Shown here: piece by piece, positions 20,201-29,311 of the stretch
Layout of the letters: every line of letters begins with the position of its first letter
How positions within the stretch are numbered: the stretch's first letter is position 1
Source: an uncultured Chloroflexia bacterium
GTDB lineage: Bacteria > Chloroflexota > Chloroflexia > QHBQ01 > JADMIH01
Reading direction: 5' to 3'
DNA: 64,000 nt
NCBI GenBank assembly: GCA_963797095.1
Contig: CAWCNY010000002.1
Coordinates: 64,001 to 128,000 of the forward strand
The notes under the pieces: model-generated
Seen by the model: the letters and a program-made list of their open reading frames with translations, nothing else
What the model was told of the DNA's origin: nothing
Database searches by the model: none
Position numbers and translations under genes: made by a program

Positions 20201-20261
20201 TAACTCAGCGAAACTACGTTGCAAACGGCTATGGCCGGCAGATGCCAGGAGAGACGGTCGA

Positions 20262-21410
20262 ATGAAGGTATCATGCTTGCAGGAAAACCTGCACCGGGGA
20301 TTACAAACGGTCGGCAAGGCGGTGGCCAGCAAAACTACACTGCCTGTTTTGAATAACATTCTTATCTCCACCGATGGTGGGCGGCTCAAACTAACTGCCA
20401 CCAACCTGGAGGTAGGGATCACCAACTGGATCGGCTGCCAGGTAGAGGATGAAGGCGCTATCACGGTTCCTGCCAAGCTCCTGATAGACTTTGTCTCCTC
20501 TTTGCCGAACGACACGATCCGAATGTCTTTGGATGAGAAGACGCGCACCCTCCACCTCAAGTGCGCCCGCTTCGAGGCCAATATCAAGGGCATTTCCGCC
20601 GAAGAGTTCCCTATTATCCCGGAAGTAACCGAGAAGCCTGCCGCGCGCATACCCGCCCCCCTCCTTAAGGAGATGATAGGCCAGGTTGCCTTCGCGGCTT
20701 CGGGCGACGAAAGCCGACCGCAACTTGCCGGTGTCTACGTCCATATCGAGGGGCGCGAGATGATCATGGCTGCTGCCGATGGCTTCCGTCTTTCCAAGCG
20801 CATAACCAGCCTCGACGCGCCCGCCGATACAGCCATAAAGCTGATCATTCCTGCGCGTTCGATGGCCGAGCTGGCGCGTGTGCTTCCCGATGCCGATGGC
20901 GAGGATGCCGAGCCTGTGAGTTTGGTGCTTACTCCCGGCCGGAATCAGGTGCTCTTCCGGCACGATAGCCTGGAGGTCACGTCGCGCCTTGTCGAAGGCA
21001 ATTACGTCGATATCAATCGCGTAATCCCCGCCGATTGGGCTTCGCGCACTGTGGTGTCAACCGCCGATCTGTTGAAGGCTGTGCGCATGGCCTCTATCTT
21101 TGCCAAGGATTCGGCCAACATCGTGCGCGTTCAGGTAGACGCCGGTGGCGATATGCTTCCCGGCGTGATCACCGTTTCCGCCAACGCCGCCGAGGTTGGC
21201 GATAATATCAGCCAGCTTGATTGCATGGTGGACGGTGAGGGTGGGCAAGTGGCTCTGAACGGCAAGTTCCTGATCGATGTGCTTGGCGTAGTCAAGACTT
21301 CGCAGGTTGCTATTGAAACTAAGACATACCAGTCTCCTGCGGTTCTCAAGCCCGTAGGCGAGGACGAATTCTTGCACGTGATCATGCCCATGTATCTGCC
21401 AAACAGATAA
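20262..21410 (+). CDS. dnaN: DNA polymerase III beta sliding clamp
   Basis: KTTLPVLNNIL, ATNLE, ADGFRL, SRLVEGNY and HVIMPM motifs. Confidence 0.97.
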   Translation: MKVSCLQENLHRGLQTVGKAVASKTTLPVLNNILISTDGGRLKLTATNLEVGITNWIGCQVEDEGAITVPAKLLIDFVSSLPNDTIRMSLDEKTRTLHLKCARFEANIKGISAEEFPIIPEVTEKPAARIPAPLLKEMIGQVAFAASGDESRPQLAGVYVHIEGREMIMAAADGFRLSKRITSLDAPADTAIKLIIPARSMAELARVLPDADGEDAEPVSLVLTPGRNQVLFRHDSLEVTSRLVEGNYVDINRVIPADWASRTVVSTADLLKAVRMASIFAKDSANIVRVQVDAGGDMLPGVITVSANAAEVGDNISQLDCMVDGEGGQVALNGKFLIDVLGVVKTSQVAIETKTYQSPAVLKPVGEDEFLHVIMPMYLPNR

Positions 21411-21431
21411 CTGTGCAGTTGCCCGATCTTC

Positions 21432-21488
21432 ACGAAGGGGATGTTTCACGTGAAACATCCCCTTCGTATTGACGTTTCACGTGAAACA
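21432..21488. promoter_or_regulatory. Two parS sites, the first embedded in a 36-bp palindrome
   Basis: TGTTTCACGTGAAACA at 21442-21457 and CGTTTCACGTGAAACA at 21473-21488 match the ParB/Spo0J consensus. Confidence 0.92.
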
Positions 21489-21626
21489 TTCAACAACACC
21501 ATCCAGCTCCACCAATGCATCTCTTGTTACACGCAAAGCCTTCGGCTATAATGTGAATACATTGAGCCGCAGACCCGAAGGCTAACTGCGTGCGTGCCTG
21601 CGACACACTACCGTAGGAGGAGTTCT

Positions 21627-22226
21627 ATGATCCGCAATCTAGTGCGCTGGCTCGTGCGCTTATTCTTCTTCGCTCTAATCGTCGGTGCGGTGGGATTTGT
21701 AATTACCCGCTTGATGGGAGGTGAAGATGAGGACTTCGATGACTTCGAAGACCTCGAAGCTAGCTTTGAATTCAACGAAACTCCCGTTGAGATAGACGTT
21801 TCAGGACCGGCCACCACCAGCGAGGCCCAGGCCGCGATGCCAGGCGAAATGTCGAGTGAAATGCCGGCAGAAACAGACGCAGAAATGGGACCTGCGGAAA
21901 ACGCCGAAGAAAGCGCACCCCCTTCATCCCATCCAAGCGCGGACACGATTGCCCTAGATGATCGCCTTCTCGACAACGAAGACACATCAAGCTCGATGAA
22001 CGCCAGCACAAATGGCTCCGCAGCCGGGTCCAGGCTCATTGATATAAAGGGCATAGGGCCAAATTATGAAACGCGGCTCCGAGCCATCGGCATCAACAAT
22101 ATGAACGATCTGCTCAACGCCGATTCCCATCACATAGCCGAACAGGTGGGCGTGATAGGCGGTGCAAGCCAGGTCGACGACTGGAAGGAACAGGCACGCT
22201 CCATGATGTCCGGGGGCAATGCATAA
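21627..22226 (+). CDS. Membrane-anchored acidic protein with a C-terminal helix-hairpin-helix (DUF4332-like) domain
   Basis: N-terminal TM, acidic linker and LIDIKGIGPNYETRLRAIGI; AGGAGG RBS. Confidence 0.75.
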   Translation: MIRNLVRWLVRLFFFALIVGAVGFVITRLMGGEDEDFDDFEDLEASFEFNETPVEIDVSGPATTSEAQAAMPGEMSSEMPAETDAEMGPAENAEESAPPSSHPSADTIALDDRLLDNEDTSSSMNASTNGSAAGSRLIDIKGIGPNYETRLRAIGINNMNDLLNADSHHIAEQVGVIGGASQVDDWKEQARSMMSGGNA

Positions 22227-22280
22227 CCTGCTGCCCAGCATGTTGCGCGATATGAAGCGAGCTAGCAAGATGCCCCATCC

Positions 22281-23231
22281 ATGACAAACATAGAAGGTCA
22301 GAACAAGTACGACGCTACTTCGCGCCCGCGAGGTATGAGAACACGTATGATGAAGCTGGCCCGCGTCTTTATCGCTCGCCTTCCCCCACCCCTCGGCCAA
22401 CTAATAGCCGCAGTGCTGGGGGAATTGGTTTACCGCTTCGCTCGCCGTTCCCGCCGGGCAGTCATAAGCAATCTCGGTCATGCTCTCGGCCCCATCCCAA
22501 AACGCACCCTCAAGAAGTCAGTCCGGCATGTATTTCATAACCTCATGCGCAACTACTACGAGCTATGTCGCGCTCCCAATATGACCGACGCCGACATTGA
22601 CCGCATGATAGACTTCGATGAGAAGGGCTGGCAGCGAATTGTAGACATCCACAACAGCGGGCGCGGTGTCCTGATGGTCAGCGCTCATTATGGCTCCTTT
22701 GATATGGTAACTCAGGTGCTGGCGCGCCACGGTCTACCGGTGACCGCCCTGGTAGCCCAATTCAAGCCCGCCTGGCTCTCCGATTTCATAACCGATATGC
22801 GCGCCGTGCGCGGACTTGACCTCCTCCTCGTCGATGAGGAAGAGGGTAGCGGCGTCAATCTGAGCGCCCTCAAGCGCTGCATCACTATACTGAAGAACAA
22901 CGGCCTCGTCGGCGCTGTGGTTGATCGCAACATGGAGCAGCGTGGCGTTAAGATCAAGTTCTTCGGCCACGATACGGTGGTAGCCGCAGGCGTCGCCAAG
23001 ATGGCGCTCAGGACGCGCACCCCGGTCGTGCTGGGGATCGCTCGCAGGCTCAACAACTACCGGTTCACCCTAACTTTCGAGGAACCTATCGAACCTGTAG
23101 GCTCAGCCTCCAACGAAGAAGACGTCCGAGCCTTGCTCACTCAGGTATTCTCCCGCCTGGAATACCACATATCTCAAAACCCCGAGCAGTGGGTGCTCCT
23201 GCAATGTGTATGGCCGGAACGAGAAGCGTGA
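22281..23231 (+). CDS. Lysophospholipid acyltransferase (PatA/LpxL-like family)
   Basis: SAHYGSFD (HxxxD-type), DR....G..IKFFG and NPEQW motifs. Confidence 0.85.
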   Translation: MTNIEGQNKYDATSRPRGMRTRMMKLARVFIARLPPPLGQLIAAVLGELVYRFARRSRRAVISNLGHALGPIPKRTLKKSVRHVFHNLMRNYYELCRAPNMTDADIDRMIDFDEKGWQRIVDIHNSGRGVLMVSAHYGSFDMVTQVLARHGLPVTALVAQFKPAWLSDFITDMRAVRGLDLLLVDEEEGSGVNLSALKRCITILKNNGLVGAVVDRNMEQRGVKIKFFGHDTVVAAGVAKMALRTRTPVVLGIARRLNNYRFTLTFEEPIEPVGSASNEEDVRALLTQVFSRLEYHISQNPEQWVLLQCVWPEREA

Positions 23232-23331
23232 TACGTGATGCGTGATGCGTGATGCCTGACCATCCCATACTGAACACTCGTCACTGGTCACTCGTCATCT
23301 TCCGTCGCTATCACGTATCAAGAAGGATCTA

Positions 23332-23982
23332 ATGGCTAATCTGATAACGCTGGCGCGGGTAGTGCTGCTATTCATTACCATAGGCTTTATCTACCTGGGA
23401 TGGCCGGGCAACGGCCTGCCCGGCGATGCCCTGATCCTGCTGATCGCTACTTTTCTCACCCTCATAGTCTTTCTAGGAGATGCCTTCGACGGCGTAATTG
23501 CCCGCGCACGCGGAGAAGTCGGCAACTTCGGCGCTGTCGTCGACATTGCCGGCGACCGCATAGTGGAGAACGCCTACTGGATCGTCTTCGCGCACCTGGG
23601 CCTGATTTCGGTCTGGTTCCCTCTCTTGCAGATGGCCCGCTCGTTCACCGTCGACGCCGTGCGCTCCCTCGCCCTCGCCGAAGGTAAGACCGCTTTCGGC
23701 GAAAAGACCATGATGCAGTCTAAGTTCGGCTTGTGGCTCGCTGCCTCACGCTTCCATCGCGGTCTATACGGCTCCGCCAAAGTCGTGACTTTCCTCTGGC
23801 TGCTGCTGCAAATGGCCCTCACCGTGCAGGTTACCCGCTACCCCGACTGGGCCCAGAACTACGGAAACCTCCTGAGCTTTATGCGGACCGTCGGCATAAT
23901 CCTGGCAGTCTTCACCATCCTCTACTCTCTATTGCGTGGTGCAGTCGTAGTGTGGGACAGCCGCCGCTACTTCCTCAAATGA
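23332..23982 (+). CDS. CDP-alcohol phosphatidyltransferase
   Basis: ANLITLAR and DAFDGVIAR...GAVVDIAGDR signature. Confidence 0.9.
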   Translation: MANLITLARVVLLFITIGFIYLGWPGNGLPGDALILLIATFLTLIVFLGDAFDGVIARARGEVGNFGAVVDIAGDRIVENAYWIVFAHLGLISVWFPLLQMARSFTVDAVRSLALAEGKTAFGEKTMMQSKFGLWLAASRFHRGLYGSAKVVTFLWLLLQMALTVQVTRYPDWAQNYGNLLSFMRTVGIILAVFTILYSLLRGAVVVWDSRRYFLK

Positions 23983-24659
23983 CCAACAATTCGCAACCTG
24001 AACCAACACTCGTTGCCGCAGTCTTCGACGTAGACCGCACCCTGGTCCCTGTCACCACCACTGAGCGCATTTTCATACGCTACCTCCTTCGCAAGCACGT
24101 GATCGGCCTGGGCGTCGCCGCCCGCACCGCCATCTTTCTTCTGAAGCAGCTCCGGCATGCCTCGCCCTTCGAGGCCATTCGCCGCCAACGGGCCTATCTG
24201 CAGGGCCAACCCTACTCCAAAATGGAAAGAGTGGCCCGCGACTGCTTTGAAACCGACATCAAGCCCCGGCTGTCCGAGGCTGGCCTCGCCGCCATACGCG
24301 ATCACAAAGCGCAAGGTCACACTATAGTCCTCCTATCCGGCTCCCTCGATTTCCTCCTGCGCCCGCTCGCAGAATACGTGCAGGCCGACCACCTGATCGC
24401 CACCCACATGGAGGTCGTCGACGGCAATCTAACCGGACGCATCGTAGGCAACTACCCTTTCGGAAGCTATAAGGCCATGCTAATCCAGCACTTCGCCACC
24501 GAACACGGCCTGGACTTCTCCCAATCCTACGCTTACGCCGACCACCACACCGACCATGAGCTACTTCGGCTCTTCGGCACGCCCGTTGTGGTGAACCCCA
24601 AATCCAAAATGCAAGAGATCGCCAGGCGCGAAGGCTGGACGGTCAAGGAGTTCAGATAA
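23979..24659 (+). CDS. HAD-IB family phosphatase
   Basis: FDVDRT, LSGS, K and YADHHTD..LL motifs; ATGA overlap with the upstream gene. Confidence 0.85.
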   Translation: MTNNSQPEPTLVAAVFDVDRTLVPVTTTERIFIRYLLRKHVIGLGVAARTAIFLLKQLRHASPFEAIRRQRAYLQGQPYSKMERVARDCFETDIKPRLSEAGLAAIRDHKAQGHTIVLLSGSLDFLLRPLAEYVQADHLIATHMEVVDGNLTGRIVGNYPFGSYKAMLIQHFATEHGLDFSQSYAYADHHTDHELLRLFGTPVVVNPKSKMQEIARREGWTVKEFR

Positions 24660-25399
24660 TGGAGCGTGCTACAAGGCCAATGCTCATAGCCCACCGGGGC
24701 GGCTCACTGGAGGCCCCGGAAAACACCCTGGCCGCTTTCCGCCACGCGGTCTCCGTCGGCGCGAAATATGTAGAGCTTGACGTACAAATGTCCAGCGATG
24801 GTGCCCTGGTGATTATCCACGACGACACCCTGGATCGCACAACCACCGGCAGCGGCCCCGTAGGTGACCGCACGTTCGAGGAGCTAAGGCAACTCGATGC
24901 AGGCTCGCATTTCGCACCCGAATACGCCGGGGAGCGCATTCCCACCCTCCGCGAGGTACTCGACCTCTGCCTTGATGCTGATGTGGGCGTGGTCATCGAG
25001 CTGAAATCACCGCCCCTTTACCCCGGTATGGTGGAGAAGGTCGCCGCTCTCCTGGGCGAGATGTGGCTACGGGGCGCCGAAAACCTCTGGTGTATCTCGT
25101 TCGATCATTACGCGATCCGCCAACTGCGTGCCCTCGATCAGACTATCCCCCTCGGCTACCTGTACGAGCCGCACGAGCAGCAGTTCGTCCATCCCGACGA
25201 CACTGTTCAAGCCTACTGCCCCTACTACCGCACCGCCCTCGCCCATCCCGATCAGGTCCAGCGCGCCCATGAGCTTGGCAAACTCGTCTTTGTCTATACA
25301 GTCGACGATGCAGACGATGTACGCCGCTTGACAATGGCCGGAGTTGATGGTATGGTGACTGACAGGCCGGAAGCTCTTATAAAGCTCTCCCATTCTTGA
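24659..25399 (+). CDS. Glycerophosphodiester phosphodiesterase
   Basis: IAHRG, PENT, ELDV, HDDTLDRTT and TDRP motifs. Confidence 0.92.
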   Translation: MERATRPMLIAHRGGSLEAPENTLAAFRHAVSVGAKYVELDVQMSSDGALVIIHDDTLDRTTTGSGPVGDRTFEELRQLDAGSHFAPEYAGERIPTLREVLDLCLDADVGVVIELKSPPLYPGMVEKVAALLGEMWLRGAENLWCISFDHYAIRQLRALDQTIPLGYLYEPHEQQFVHPDDTVQAYCPYYRTALAHPDQVQRAHELGKLVFVYTVDDADDVRRLTMAGVDGMVTDRPEALIKLSHS

Positions 25400-25658
25400 T
25401 TCTATGCAGCCGGAGTTATTCCAGCACTCGCCATATGCGCCTTGATGTGCTACCTGACTCTCCACTCCCACTTCCTCGTCAACTCAGGTCAGATATGCTC
25501 TTCAGCCCGGAATGAGCAACAACTGAGCAGTAAATGGCCTCGCGAATGAGCAGGGCGAGCCTGCATAATACTGTCGTGGGGCGTCCGCGATGGCTACCCC
25601 GTCGTGGACGCCACCTATTCACACAATGCGATGGGAGCAGGTAACAGAGGGCTGATAC

Positions 25659-26090
25659 ATGACCGAAGCGGAAAAGATGGCCGTTGTACGGCGCTATTTC
25701 AAAGAGTTGTGGAACAAGGGCAATCTCGAAGTCGCCGATGAGATCCTCGCGCCCGGTTTTGCCGGGCAGGACGGCGGGATGTCAGGCCCCGATGCGGCCC
25801 GGCTATACGTTTCAAGCTACAGGAACGCCTTCCCCAACATCCATTTCACCCTCCTCTCTCTCCTCTGCCAGGGCGATCTCGTGATAGCAAGCTGGGTGGG
25901 CACAGGCGCTCACGAGGGCTCCGTGGCCTGCCCCGATGCCGCCACGCCGGGCAAAGAGCGAGCCATCACCGGCTTGAGCGTCTACAGGCTTGAGAAGGGC
26001 AAAATCGCCGATATGTGGATTGGCGCAGAGGCCATCCACCAGGTTCAGAAAAAAGACAAAGAGAAGCAATTAGCGCACCGCCGCAACTAA
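25659..26090 (+). CDS. SnoaL-like ester cyclase (NTF2 fold)
   Basis: VVRRYFKELWNKGNL, AFPNIHF, GDLV..W..TGAH and GKI motifs. Confidence 0.8.
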   Translation: MTEAEKMAVVRRYFKELWNKGNLEVADEILAPGFAGQDGGMSGPDAARLYVSSYRNAFPNIHFTLLSLLCQGDLVIASWVGTGAHEGSVACPDAATPGKERAITGLSVYRLEKGKIADMWIGAEAIHQVQKKDKEKQLAHRRN

Positions 26091-26093
26091 CCC

Positions 26094-26561
26094 CTACCTT
26101 CGCGCCTCCAATATCCCCACCAGTTGCCTGAGCGCGGCCATCATCTGCTGCATCTGCTTCTTGCCGATCAGCTTGCCCCACTCCTCCTCAAGCCCCAGCA
26201 CCACGCGCCGGGCGACCTCCATCACCTCGTTCCCGCGCCCCGTCAAGCGCACCAGTATGGCGCGTCCATCGGCCGGGTCCGGCACGCGCCCCACATACCC
26301 ATGTTCTTCCAGGTAATCCACCAGGTAGCCCATCGATTGCTTGGTCATCTGAGCTTCTTCGGCCAGGTCGGTGAGCCTCGAACCGCGCTCCTGGTCTATA
26401 TGCCGCCACACCGCCAGGTGCGCTATCCGTATATCCTCGAACCCCGCCTCCAGCACCCCCTTATATATGCTATCCACAACCTTCAGAAAGGGCACGCGCA
26501 ACAGCGCTCCAATGAGCCTGTGCGACTGATCGTGGCCGTTATTGCTGCCGCTTTGATCCAT
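26094..26561 (-). CDS. MarR-family transcriptional regulator
   Basis: LTDLAEEAQMTKQSM..LVDYLE..GYV.R.PDPADGRA...LT winged helix. Confidence 0.92.
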   Translation of the reverse strand: MDQSGSNNGHDQSHRLIGALLRVPFLKVVDSIYKGVLEAGFEDIRIAHLAVWRHIDQERGSRLTDLAEEAQMTKQSMGYLVDYLEEHGYVGRVPDPADGRAILVRLTGRGNEVMEVARRVVLGLEEEWGKLIGKKQMQQMMAALRQLVGILEARR

Positions 26562-26582
26562 GGGCTACCCCCAGGAAAATTG

Positions 26583-26654
26583 ATCAGAGAATCTGACGAA
26601 AACCTATTGACAAATTAGTCAAAATCTCTTACTATTATGGTCAGAATAACTTAC
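26583..26654 (+). promoter_or_regulatory. Promoter with three probable MarR operators
   Basis: TTGACA(26607)-17-TACTAT(26630). Boxes ATCA-N7-TGAC (26583), GTCA-N7-TTAC (26618) and GTCA-N7-TTAC (26640). Confidence 0.7.
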
Positions 26655-26703
26655 TAACTCATTCTAACCCAGACCAGGCAAGAATGCAACCCTTTTCACC
26701 ATA

Positions 26704-27171
26704 ATGGAGGAAACTGAAATGCCAACCCATACTATGGAGGCGACAATGACCACCCTTGAACAGAACAAGGCCCTCATACGCAGGTTCGTAACAGAAGACT
26801 TGAATACTGACAATCGCGATGTCGCCGACGAGTTGGTGAGTGAGGATTTCGTTGACCACACCAACCCGCCCCATCTCAAATATGGGCTGGATGGTCACAA
26901 AGGGATCGTACGGATCTTCCGCTTGGCCTTCCCAGACCTGGAATTCATCATCGAGGATATGGTCGCTGAGGGCGACAAAGTGGTTGTGCGCATGCCCTTC
27001 AAGGCCACCCATCTCGGCGACTTCTTCGGCATCCCCGCCACCGGCAAGCAAGTCTACGTCGAAGGCGTGCATATCCTCCGCATCGCCGACGGCAAGGTAG
27101 CCGAGCACTGGGGCAGCAACGACGACCTGGGCCTCATGCGCCAGCTAGGCGTCCTACCGGAAGGTATGTAG
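26704..27171 (+). CDS. SnoaL-like ester cyclase
   Basis: NKALIRRF, AFPDL, EGDKVVVR, THLGDFFGIPATGK and HILRIADGKVAEHW motifs. Start may be 26719 or 26746. Confidence 0.88.
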   Translation: MEETEMPTHTMEATMTTLEQNKALIRRFVTEDLNTDNRDVADELVSEDFVDHTNPPHLKYGLDGHKGIVRIFRLAFPDLEFIIEDMVAEGDKVVVRMPFKATHLGDFFGIPATGKQVYVEGVHILRIADGKVAEHWGSNDDLGLMRQLGVLPEGM

Positions 27172-27173
27172 TG

Positions 27174-28607
27174 CTACCTGACCTTGCCCCACAGGTCATA
27201 CTCTGTGCTCTCGGTAATCAGCGCCTGCACCACGTTCCCCTGCTGTAGCTCCACACCCTTCGGCGCTTTCAAGAACACCATCCCGTCCACTTCCGGGGCC
27301 TGCCTGTAAGTCCGCCCAGCATAGATCGGCACAGTGCGCCCTTTCCCATCTTCCAGGGTGCCTGTGCCGTCTATCAGTACCTGCATAGTCTTCCCCACCA
27401 ATCGGCGGTTCTTGGCCGCGCTGATCTTCTGCTGGCGCAGCATCGCCTCACGGTAGCGCTTCATCTTCAGCTTCTCAGGCACCTGGTTCGGCATATCCGC
27501 CGCCGGCGTCCCCTTCTCCGGCGAATAAGTGAACATCCCCACGTTGTCGAACTTCATTTCGTCAATGAAGTCCAGCAGTCCCTTGAACTCCTCGTCGGTC
27601 TCGCCGGGGAACCCCACAATAAACGTGGTGCGGATCGCTATATCGGGCATGGCCTCTCTCAACTGCCCGATCAACCGCCTGTTGCGCTCCACGTCGTTAG
27701 GTCGCTTCATCCTCCTGAGCATCTCCGGGTGCCCATGCTGAAGCGGTATGTCTATATAGCGGGCCACCTGTGGGTGCCGCGCCATAGTCTCGATCATCAG
27801 TGGCGTTAGCTGAGTTGGATAAGCGTACATCAACCGCACCCACATAATATCGGGCGCTGTCTCCGCTATCCGGTCAAACAGGTGCGCCAGCCCATCGCGC
27901 AGCCCCAGGTCAATACCGTAATAAGTGCTGTCCTGCGCGATCAACACCACCTCGCGCACGCCCTGCTCGGCAAGCTCGGCCACTTCGCCCGCGATCTCAT
28001 CTATCGGACGCGACACATGCTTCCCCCTGATCGCCGGGATAATACAGAAGCCGCACTTGTGGTCGCACCCCTCGCTGATCTTCACATACGCGCTGGGCCC
28101 CTTCGCCTTGCGCCGGAAGCGCTTCAGTTGCGCTGTCGGCTGCACAGGTGCGATAGGGGCCCAGGCCACCGACTGAGGCCCACCGATCTCGGTCTCTTTC
28201 CTCAATGGCGCGATTGTCAGCAATCCAGGGTCTTCACCCACAACCCCTCGCTCCCGCAATCCGCGCAGGTTCTCAACGAAAGGCACGATCTCAGGCCACG
28301 TGCGTGTCGACAGTACGCCGTCCACGCCCGCCACCCACTCAGGCACATCAGCCGCGTAACGCTGGCTCATGCACCCTGCCGATATCAGCAATTGCCCGTC
28401 GCGCTTGCTCTCGGCCAGCGTGCGCAATTCCCCAACCGACTCGTCCACCGCAGCTTGCAGGAACGCGCAGGTGTTCACAATAAGCACGTCCGAATCTTGC
28501 GGCGTGGCGCTCTGCTCGTACCCGGCCTCAGTCAGAAGGGCGCTCATCCCCTCGCTGTCCACGTTATTCTTCTCACACCCGAGCGTTACTATATTGAATT
28601 TAGGCAT
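27174..28607 (-). CDS. rimO: Ribosomal protein S12 methylthiotransferase
   Basis: LGCEKNNVDSE, NTCAF, KISEGCDHKCGFCIIP, RLMYAYP and APEVDG motifs. Confidence 0.95.
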   Translation of the reverse strand: MPKFNIVTLGCEKNNVDSEGMSALLTEAGYEQSATPQDSDVLIVNTCAFLQAAVDESVGELRTLAESKRDGQLLISAGCMSQRYAADVPEWVAGVDGVLSTRTWPEIVPFVENLRGLRERGVVGEDPGLLTIAPLRKETEIGGPQSVAWAPIAPVQPTAQLKRFRRKAKGPSAYVKISEGCDHKCGFCIIPAIRGKHVSRPIDEIAGEVAELAEQGVREVVLIAQDSTYYGIDLGLRDGLAHLFDRIAETAPDIMWVRLMYAYPTQLTPLMIETMARHPQVARYIDIPLQHGHPEMLRRMKRPNDVERNRRLIGQLREAMPDIAIRTTFIVGFPGETDEEFKGLLDFIDEMKFDNVGMFTYSPEKGTPAADMPNQVPEKLKMKRYREAMLRQQKISAAKNRRLVGKTMQVLIDGTGTLEDGKGRTVPIYAGRTYRQAPEVDGMVFLKAPKGVELQQGNVVQALITESTEYDLWGKVR

Positions 28608-28620
28608 ATATCTTCTAATA

Positions 28621-29118
28621 TTATCTGTAATTGATGAATTGCAAGGCCACAGGCAGATCGTCCGCCTTGCCGCGCAGGTGCTGAATTACACGTTGCAACT
28701 CGTCCTTGCTCTTCGACATAATTCGCAGCGACTCGCCCTGTATCTGTGGCTGCACCTTCGGGAAACTGCTCCTGATATCTTTGCTGAGCGACTTGGCAAG
28801 CTCCTCGTTCAGCCCGCGTTGCAAATCAACCACTTGCCGGTATCGGCCGCCCGAAGCAGGCTCCACGTTCCCAAACTTGAATATCTTGAGCGACAGCCCG
28901 CGCTTGATCGCCTTGCTCTGCAAAATATCCTTGATAGCCGCCAGGTGGAACTCGCTATCCGTATTGATCGTGATCTTATTCCCCTCAAGGTCGATCTCAG
29001 TCTTGCTATCCTTCAGATCGTACCGCGTGCGCACCTCGCGCAGCGTCTGGTCAACAGTATTGACCATCTCCTGCCGCTCGAAATCGCTAACCACATCAAA
29101 TGAAAATGTATCTGGCAT
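28621..29118 (-). CDS. yajQ: YajQ-family nucleotide/c-di-GMP-binding protein
   Basis: [26 protein letters not shown] and LQFINYR motifs. Confidence 0.93.
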   Translation of the reverse strand: MPDTFSFDVVSDFERQEMVNTVDQTLREVRTRYDLKDSKTEIDLEGNKITINTDSEFHLAAIKDILQSKAIKRGLSLKIFKFGNVEPASGGRYRQVVDLQRGLNEELAKSLSKDIRSSFPKVQPQIQGESLRIMSKSKDELQRVIQHLRGKADDLPVALQFINYR

Positions 29119-29136
29119 AAACTCTCCTCACCAATT

Positions 29137-29283
29137 CCGACTACCGACTACCGACTACCGACTACCGACTACCGACTACCGACTACCGACTACCGACTAC
29201 CGACTACCGACTACCGACTACCGACTACCGACTACCGACTACCGACTACCAACTACCGACTACCGACTACCGACTACCGACTA
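29137..29283. repeat. Heptamer tandem repeat (CCGACTA)x21
   Basis: 147 bp with one variant unit (CCAACTA), between rodZ and yajQ. Confidence 0.97.
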
Positions 29284-29311
29284 CCAGCAACCAGGAACTT
29301 GGAACGAGCAA

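Noticed and set aside
23733-23978. Long N-terminal extension of the HAD hydrolase
   Set aside because: Overlaps the CDP-alcohol transferase; the ATGA coupling at 23979 is the natural start.
29137-29283. Long repeat tract as a CRISPR or iteron array
   Set aside because: Pure 7-bp tandem with no spacers and no nearby rep or cas gene.
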